64,000 bases of DNA, taken from the NCBI RefSeq assembly GCF_017115045.1, contig NZ_JABXKK010000105.1, forward strand, positions 30,253-94,252, in the 5' to 3' direction. Numbering within the stretch: the first letter of the stretch is position 1; every line of letters starts with the position of its first letter. The DNA comes from Nostoc sp. NMS8. GTDB lineage: Bacteria; Cyanobacteriota; Cyanobacteriia; Cyanobacteriales; Nostocaceae. The notes beneath the pieces are model-generated. The model worked only from the letters and a program-made list of their open reading frames with translations. It did no database searches and was not told the DNA's origin. The position numbers and the translations under genes were made by a program. This document shows, piece after piece, positions 57,723-64,000 of this stretch.

Positions 57723-58037
57723 GTCATGGAGCATTGGGCATTGGGCATTGAATAATCATGATCCCTTGACCAGATGCGCCGTTACTCATTTACCATTATC
57801 CAAAATTTTATTTTTCAGCTTTGTTAAATCGATCCTAAATCTAATTGCCGCTAGATTGTCAGGTGTCAGTTTTTAATGACTTTTGACTAAACCACTGCTG
57901 ATTTTAGCAACTTGATAGTTAGATTAGCTGAACAATTTTTAGTGCAAGCCCTCCTACTCTACTTTAGCCTTTAAAGTACTGAAGAGAACGTAAGGAGGTG
58001 AGGATAAGGAAGGTTTTTTCCCAATACCCCTCAAGAG

Positions 58038-58066
58038 TACTGAGTAATGAGTAATGAGTAATGAGT
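58038..58066. repeat. STRR heptamer array (GAGTAAT units)
   Basis: tactgagtaatgagtaatgagtaatgag. Confidence 0.8.
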
Positions 58067-58184
58067 TTGGATACTTGGTAATACTGGGTTTTGAGTTTTA
58101 AACTTTAAAGTTTTTTAGTAATTATTATTTAATAACCATATTAGGCATGGGGCAAAACAGTTCCGAGTTGTGAGTAAGGAATCC

Positions 58185-58236
58185 TACTCATTAGTCATTA
58201 CTCAGCACTCATTACTCATTACTCAACATTCAGCAC
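58185..58236. repeat. STRR heptamer array (ATTACTC units), inverted relative to 58038-58066 and overlapping the kinase stop codon
   Basis: tactcattagtcattactcagcactcattactcattactcaacattcagcac. Confidence 0.8.
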
Positions 58237-59989
58237 TGTTTGTTAAGTCGCTATCATTAGACGAAACCATGACTGGTTGTTGATATAGTGGCACTGTGAA
58301 TGTGACTGTTGAGCCAAGACCTTCGCCCAAACTATAAAAATGTACCTCGCCACCCATTGCCTCTACTAGCTTCTGGGATATTGCCAGTCCTAAACCTGTG
58401 CCGCCGTACTGGCGAGTGCGGGAGCCATCCACCTGAGAGAATAATTGAAATAGTTTATCTTGTTTATCTAAAGAAACACCGATACCGGTGTCTGCCACGC
58501 GTACTCTCACCATGCCAGGAAATTGCTGATCTTGAAAGTTCGCCTTTTTGAGTACTAAATCAGCGCTAACGGTGACACCACCCTCATGTGTAAATTTGAT
58601 CGCATTACCTACCAAATTGAGCATCACTTGTAGTAACCGTTGGTAGTTGCTTTGGACAATGATTTCATCGGAGATAGCAGGCATTTGCATCCGAAAGCTG
58701 AGGTTTCTCACTTCTGCTTGGGGACGCATGAAACTTTCGACAGCACTGAATAATTCATCTAGTTTGACTGGAGCGTAAGCTAGCTCCATTTTGCCGGCTT
58801 CGATTTTGGCAATGTCCAAAATGTCGTTGATGATATTTAGCAGATGTATCGATAAGTGGTGAGCTTCTGCTAAAAACTGGTTTTGTTCTTCTGGATCATC
58901 TGCCATACCTTCTAAAATAAGCTTCAAAAAGCCAATCATCCCGTTAAGGGGGGTACGAATTTCATGGGATACATTGGCCAGAAACTCACTTTTGAGGCGG
59001 GAAGCTTCTTCGGCTTTTTGACGCGCTATTTCTAATTCTTCATATAAAGTAGCATGTGCGATCGCAGTTCCCAATTGATCTGCTGCTTCTTTCGCTAGTT
59101 CTAATTCCGATTCTGTTAATGTGTAGCATTCATCTTGCCAATTCAAGGCAATCAATCCATTAGCTTGGTCTTGATAGCAAGTAGCAACCACCAAAGTTTT
59201 TTGCCGCCCAGAAGATCCCATATATCCAGACACTTCCATCACAACTGGTTCTAGAGTTGCCAAGGCTTGAGCAAAGGCAGCCTCAGAAGCTATATCTATG
59301 TCTGAGCCAAGCATTGATTTGAGGTCTGGCTGGCGATACTCAGCTTTCACTTGCACTTTTGAGCTTGAGGGCTGATAAGGACAAATAATGCAGCGTTCTA
59401 GTCGCAGTGCTTTTCCCAAACTGTCAACTGTTTGCTGCCAAATAATATTTAAATCTAATGTCCGGCGAATATTTCTGGTAATGCGATTTACCAGTTTTTG
59501 GTGTTGCTGTGAACGTAGAGCCAACTCTATTTGCGTGGGTGTTTTTGATGCCACACGCGCTTGTTTTTTATTGAGTGTCGCTTGCATTAAGCGTCCCATC
59601 ACTAAAACTGTAGTGGCAGTGGTTCCCAAACTCGGCATAATTGGACTAATCACTAAGTCCAACTCAAATAATTCCTGGTGGTAGCTAAACCAGCACTGAA
59701 ACCTTTCTGGCACTAAATTTGTCAAAATTCGGTGCAATCGTTCCAAATAACTAACCTTATCCACTGGGGCAAAGGTTTGAGTCTGGTTCAGATCGTCAAC
59801 TATTTTTTCAGTATTTAACCCCAGAAGTTCGCTGTACTGCCAACAAAAGGTCAGATAGCGCCCTGCCCCATCTTGCGTATAAATCAACTCGGCTCCTAGA
59901 GTTGGTAATAAGCCGTCAGTCTTACTGGTAATAGATTCCAGATTTTGGGAAAATACATTCGGCAATTGGGAATTGGCAGTAATAGTCAT
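58223..59989 (-). CDS. Soluble sensor histidine kinase (PAS-like, GAF, HisKA, HATPase)
   Basis: GAF ITRNIRRTLDLNIIWQQTVDSLG... H-box FLANVSHEIRTPLNGMIGF, N-box NLVGNAIKFT, G-boxes DTGIGV and GTGLGLAI. Confidence 0.85.
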   Translation of the reverse strand: MTITANSQLPNVFSQNLESITSKTDGLLPTLGAELIYTQDGAGRYLTFCWQYSELLGLNTEKIVDDLNQTQTFAPVDKVSYLERLHRILTNLVPERFQCWFSYHQELFELDLVISPIMPSLGTTATTVLVMGRLMQATLNKKQARVASKTPTQIELALRSQQHQKLVNRITRNIRRTLDLNIIWQQTVDSLGKALRLERCIICPYQPSSSKVQVKAEYRQPDLKSMLGSDIDIASEAAFAQALATLEPVVMEVSGYMGSSGRQKTLVVATCYQDQANGLIALNWQDECYTLTESELELAKEAADQLGTAIAHATLYEELEIARQKAEEASRLKSEFLANVSHEIRTPLNGMIGFLKLILEGMADDPEEQNQFLAEAHHLSIHLLNIINDILDIAKIEAGKMELAYAPVKLDELFSAVESFMRPQAEVRNLSFRMQMPAISDEIIVQSNYQRLLQVMLNLVGNAIKFTHEGGVTVSADLVLKKANFQDQQFPGMVRVRVADTGIGVSLDKQDKLFQLFSQVDGSRTRQYGGTGLGLAISQKLVEAMGGEVHFYSLGEGLGSTVTFTVPLYQQPVMVSSNDSDLTNSAEC

Positions 59990-60161
59990 TAATTGAGTTG
60001 GATAGACAAAGGGTGTCCGACCGTAATTTTACTAAAGCCGCTCAAATTTATATATAAATTTTTACAGCTTTTTTGTGTTTGATTGGGTATTTTTTGGCGT
60101 TCTGGAAACCAGATTGGCAAACTTTACTTTTTTGACTTGCATTGACAGTTGACTAATGGCG

Positions 60162-60467
60162 TCAATCGTTCCATTCACCGCGAGGAGGAACAGGAGTACG
60201 CACAGGTGTGCGCGTTAGTTCATCATCTCTGAGGATTTCACCCCGCAACCACTGGCGAATCGCCACTTCAATCACCTTACTTGGATCATTCGTAAGATGC
60301 TGAATTTGCTCTAGTAACTCTGAGTCCAAGCGGACAGCAATTTCTACCTTATCGGTTTGTGTGTTTCCCGCTTTGGTAGTTTTTTCTTGCATATTCATAG
60401 GTTTATATACTCTGAATTCTCTGAATTGGTTTTGTCTAAAGTTTTGTAAAGTAGTTATATTCATCAT
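60162..60467 (-). CDS. Hypothetical ribbon-helix-helix-like protein
   Basis: KVEIAVRLDSELLEQIQHL..SKVIEVAIRQWL fits a strand-helix-helix pattern. The start is more likely MNMQEK at 60398. Confidence 0.45.
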   Translation of the reverse strand: MMNITTLQNFRQNQFREFRVYKPMNMQEKTTKAGNTQTDKVEIAVRLDSELLEQIQHLTNDPSKVIEVAIRQWLRGEILRDDELTRTPVRTPVPPRGEWND

Positions 60468-60994
60468 TTGGGCTAATTTACGCGAGAAATCTTTAAGGGC
60501 ACAGTTAAATAGTTCCCTGAAATAGCACCAAAGTAACAGCTTAAAGTTTCAAATCGCATTTTTCATATAACTGACTAGACAATGACTTTAGATGTTTGGC
60601 CGATCAATCAGTGATTCTGAGCAATTACAGGTTGCAATTGCTCGCGATCGCTACACGATCCCTACATGTACTTATTTACATTTATTGTACGCTCCCAGCT
60701 GTTGAATACTAGCAACGACAAATAGACTTTCATAATATTCTTAAAAGTCCACCTATTGAGATCGAAAGTTAAAGATGGCGTGAAGGGAGTGCTGAGTTAG
60801 GAGTGCTGAGTAATGAGTAATGAGTTAAGGGTTATTTCCCCTCTGCCCCACTCAGCACGGGCTAAACCTTAGCTATCCGCTAACGGAACTCAGAACTCAG
60901 CACTAAAACCGGAGCGTCTTGGCTAAGAAAGCATTAAAATACATTAAGTAAATTGCCCTTTTAACTTTGGTTGCTGCTAAGGCAAAGATAGTAT

Positions 60995-62806
60995 ATGACT
61001 GACGTTCCCGCAGTTCGCATTCGCAATTTTTGTATTATTGCTCACATCGACCACGGGAAATCAACCCTCGCCGATCGCTTGCTACAAGCTACTGGCACTG
61101 TTGAAGACCGACAGATGAAGGAACAGTTTCTCGATAACATGGATCTGGAACGGGAGCGCGGCATTACGATTAAGCTGCAAGCTGCCCGGATGAACTACAC
61201 AGCCAAAGATGGTCAGCAGTATGTGCTGAACTTGATTGACACTCCGGGACACGTGGATTTCTCTTATGAAGTCTCCCGCTCTCTTGTTGCTTGTGAAGGA
61301 GCGCTATTGGTAGTAGATGCGTCCCAAGGTGTGGAAGCACAAACTTTGGCGAATGTATATTTAGCGTTAGAGAGTACCCTGGAAATTATTCCGGTTTTGA
61401 ATAAAATCGATTTGCCGGGGGCTGAACCAGAACGGGTAATTGGCGAAATTGAAGAAATTATTGGTCTAGATTGTAGTGGGGCAATTCTGGCTTCTGCTAA
61501 AGAAGGAATTGGGATTGATGAGATTTTAGAAGCAGTTGTGGAACGGATACCGCCACCGCCCAATACCATAAATGAACGCTTACGAGCGTTAATTTTTGAT
61601 AGCTATTACGACAGTTATCGGGGAGTAATTGTCTATTTCCGGGTGATGGATGGCACAGTGAAAAAAGGCGATCGCATCCATTTAATGGCATCCGGTAAAG
61701 AATTTGAAATTGATGAGTTGGGTGTCCTTTCTCCGACTCAAAAGCAAGTTGATGAACTGCACGCCGGGGAAGTAGGCTATTTGGGAGCAGCAATAAAAGC
61801 TGTCGCTGATGCACGGGTAGGAGACACAATTACCCTCAGTAAGGCGAAAGCAGAGTCACCCTTACCAGGTTACGCAGAAGCGAACCCGATGGTTTTTTGC
61901 GGGATGTTCCCTATTGATGCCGATCAATTTGAAGATTTGCGGGAAGCCTTGGAAAAGCTAGAACTCAATGATGCAGCGCTACATTACGAACCGGAAACTT
62001 CCAGCGCGATGGGGTTTGGCTTCCGTTGTGGGTTCTTGGGTTTGCTGCACATGGAAATTGTTCAGGAACGCTTAGAGCGAGAGTATAACCTAGATTTAAT
62101 CATTACAGCTCCATCGGTGGTTTATAAGGTCATTACCTTAAAAGGTGAGGAACTGTACATCGATAATCCTAGCCGCTTACCTTCTCCCAACGATCGCGAA
62201 AGAATTGAAGAACCCTACGTCCAAGTAGAGATGATTACGCCGGAAACTTATGTTGGCAGCTTGATGGAGTTGTCACAAAATCGCCGGGGCATCTTCAAAG
62301 ATATGAAATATCTCACCCAAGGACGAACCACACTTACTTATGAACTACCTTTGGCGGAAGTTGTAACTGACTTTTTCGACCAGATGAAATCGCGATCGCG
62401 CGGTTATGCCAGTATGGAATATCACATCATCGGCTACCGTGAAAATCCTTTGGTAAAGCTGGATATCATGATTAACGGCGATCCTGTAGATTCTTTGGCG
62501 ATGATTGTGCATCGAGATAAAGCTTACAACGTCGGGCGGGCAATGGCAGAAAAACTTAAGGAACTAATTCCCCGTCATCAATTCAAAGTGCCAATTCAAG
62601 CATCTATTGGTAGTAAAGTTATTGCCAGCGAACATATCCCGGCTTTGCGGAAAGATGTACTAGCAAAATGCTACGGTGGTGACATCAGTCGGAAGAAGAA
62701 ACTTTTACAGAAGCAAGCAAAAGGTAAAAAACGGATGAAATCTGTGGGGACTGTAGATGTACCCCAGGAAGCCTTTATGGCAGTACTTCGGTTAGATCAA
62801 AACTAA
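60995..62806 (+). CDS. lepA: Translation elongation factor 4
   Basis: [35 protein letters not shown], and the LepA-specific C-terminus ..[24 protein letters not shown]. Confidence 0.97.
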   Translation: MTDVPAVRIRNFCIIAHIDHGKSTLADRLLQATGTVEDRQMKEQFLDNMDLERERGITIKLQAARMNYTAKDGQQYVLNLIDTPGHVDFSYEVSRSLVACEGALLVVDASQGVEAQTLANVYLALESTLEIIPVLNKIDLPGAEPERVIGEIEEIIGLDCSGAILASAKEGIGIDEILEAVVERIPPPPNTINERLRALIFDSYYDSYRGVIVYFRVMDGTVKKGDRIHLMASGKEFEIDELGVLSPTQKQVDELHAGEVGYLGAAIKAVADARVGDTITLSKAKAESPLPGYAEANPMVFCGMFPIDADQFEDLREALEKLELNDAALHYEPETSSAMGFGFRCGFLGLLHMEIVQERLEREYNLDLIITAPSVVYKVITLKGEELYIDNPSRLPSPNDRERIEEPYVQVEMITPETYVGSLMELSQNRRGIFKDMKYLTQGRTTLTYELPLAEVVTDFFDQMKSRSRGYASMEYHIIGYRENPLVKLDIMINGDPVDSLAMIVHRDKAYNVGRAMAEKLKELIPRHQFKVPIQASIGSKVIASEHIPALRKDVLAKCYGGDISRKKKLLQKQAKGKKRMKSVGTVDVPQEAFMAVLRLDQN

Positions 62807-62808
62807 TA

Positions 62809-62841
62809 GGAGTCAGGAGTCAGGAGTCAGAATTCAGAATG
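62809..62841. repeat. STRR heptamer array (GGAGTCA units)
   Basis: ggagtcaggagtcaggagtcagaattcagaatg. Confidence 0.8.
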
Positions 62842-63207
62842 AATTTGATTCCGAGGGGCGGATATCGCTACGCAAAGCGAGTCCGCGTACTCCTGCAAAG
62901 AAGCAAGCTAGTACCGCAAGGCGGAAGTCAAAAGTCAAAAGAATTGTATTCCAAGCTCTTACACTATTTGAAATGGTCTGTTTATTTACGCCGTGCTGTA
63001 CTAGCAAGAGCATCTAAATCTACTATTTTCAGTCCCACACCAAATTTTGTTATTCTGTATTCTTCTTCAACATTCATTAATTTTCATTACAAAAGCCTCA
63101 AATGAGTTCCAGCCTGCTGTTGGTAGGTTTAACCATTCTTAAGTGTGTCTCTCGTGCAGGATTTCTAACAGAAAAAATGATAATTTATTTTAGAAATTCA
63201 AAACATC

Positions 63208-63587
63208 ATGAGTCGCAAGCAGGCCCAAGAACAACTCTCTGAGGCAGAACAAAAGTATCGCACTCTGGTAGAACAAATTCCCGGTGTTGTTTATGTCTCA
63301 CCCATTAATGACACAACTAAAGAAGCTTATATTAGTCCACAACTGCAACAATTATTAGGCATTGCCCCCGAAGGGTGGAATTCTGGTTTCTTCAAAAGTT
63401 GGTTAGATTTCACTCATCCAGACGATCGCGATCGCGTTACCGTTACTCTAGGCGTTGTCAGCATTGTACCAAATTCCGAAATTTCGCCGACTTGATTAAT
63501 GCAGCAGATAAAGCACTTTATATCGCTAAACAGCAAGGGCGCGATGATTTCATGCTGTTTCCGTCGTTACTCCTTCTTAAAGCCTGA
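63208..63587 (+). pseudogene. Decayed PAS-GGDEF gene: PAS N-terminal part joined directly to the last roughly 40 codons of a GGDEF domain, plus a frameshift
   Basis: Frame 1 reads ..YRTLVEQIPGVVYVSP..FTHPDDRDRV|TVTLGVVSIVPNSEISPT*. The shifted frame continues ..ADLINAADKALYIAKQQGRDDFMLF*, a typical GGDEF C-terminal end. The junction lies in gacgatcgcgatcgcg. Confidence 0.6.
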
Positions 63588-63611
63588 GTTGCAAAACGGG
63601 CAATAGTCCTA

Positions 63612-63640
63612 AATTACGAATTACGAATTACGAATTAGTA
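63612..63640. repeat. STRR heptamer array (AATTACG units)
   Basis: aattacgaattacgaattacgaattagta. Same family as 27446-27485. Confidence 0.8.
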
Positions 63641-63810
63641 TCATATTGCTTCCTATCCTTAGCCTACAGTTGACAACCTTTAATGAAATCACTGTTAAAA
63701 AATCTAAAAATTTTAGTAAAAGTACTCACTGCATTCGCTAGACCTGTATTTTTAGGTAAATGTGGTTGTTTAGATATTAGATATTTGTAATACGTCGGGG
63801 AGTCTAGTAG

Positions 63811-64000
63811 ATGAAGATACTGGTATTGAGTTGGGAGTTTCCACCAAGGATTATTGGGGGAATTGCGCGGCATGTAGCGGAATTGTACCCGGAGTTGGTA
63901 AAGCTAGGACATGAAATCCATCTGATTACAGCGGAGTTTGGTCAAGCGTCGATGTATGAGGTAGTTGAGGGAGTAAAAGTACATCGAGTACCAGTAGCAC
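63811..64000 (+). CDS. GT4-family glycosyltransferase, 5' part (continues beyond the window)
   Basis: ATG at 63811. MKILVLSWEFPPRIIGGIARHVAELYPELVKLGHEIHLITAEFG.. is a typical GT4 N-terminus. No stop codon in the window. Confidence 0.75.
   Translation, partial: MKILVLSWEFPPRIIGGIARHVAELYPELVKLGHEIHLITAEFGQASMYEVVEGVKVHRVPVA

Noticed and set aside
62839-63105. 88-aa ORF downstream of lepA
   Set aside because: It starts inside an STRR array, crosses a dispersed repeat (agcgagtccgcgt module), and has an Arg/Lys/Ser-rich, non-protein-like composition.
1527-63640. STRR arrays considered as possible CRISPR arrays
   Set aside because: The units are contiguous 7-nt repeats with no spacers, the arrays are only 25-60 nt long, and there are no cas genes. 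They match the known heptameric STRR class of heterocystous cyanobacteria.

Overview
The window reads as chromosomal DNA from a filamentous, heterocyst-forming cyanobacterium (Nostocales, Nostoc/Anabaena-like). Three things support this: the HIP1 octamer GCGATCGC occurs throughout, heptameric STRR tandem repeats sit in almost every intergenic gap, and the gene content fits. About 50 protein genes and one tRNA-Ser(GGA) are supportable. I saw no rRNA, CRISPR array, transposase, integrase or phage genes.

Housekeeping genes include rpsN, nth, rseP, serS, aat, hisZ, lepA, two ferredoxins, an Nfu-type scaffold, and a GH13/GH57 glucan-degrading pair.

Signalling proteins are unusually dense:
- five histidine kinases
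- one 765-aa multi-domain response regulator
- one decayed PAS-GGDEF gene

The loci most worth follow-up are:
1. A PlsY-like membrane domain fused to a rifampicin-phosphotransferase-like (PpsA-like) swivelling-histidine phosphotransferase, translationally coupled to a cupin (10003-13250).
2. An envelope cluster of three secreted proteins built from shuffled SLH, beta-helix and VirB10/TrbI-like plus glycine-zipper modules, with a roughly 590-nt near-identical SLH cassette and a visible recombination junction (40675-45461).
3. A kinase that looks like a plain GAF kinase but carries a knotless (Cph2-type) phytochrome GAF-PHY module and a CBCR-like GAF (22968-25739).
4. A kinase whose N-terminus matches the plant ETR1 ethylene/copper-binding domain (14294-16252).
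5. A REC-wHTH-HPt-REC-REC-degenerate-GGDEF protein (19433-21730).
6. A divergent ArgJ paralogue next to an orphan AAA+ ATPase (16414-19302).

The non-coding DNA is dominated by STRR arrays and MITE-like small dispersed repeats. Some of these appear to have been absorbed into coding sequence or to supply start and stop codons.

All functional calls come from motif recognition by eye and from remembered family signatures. No database search was run.
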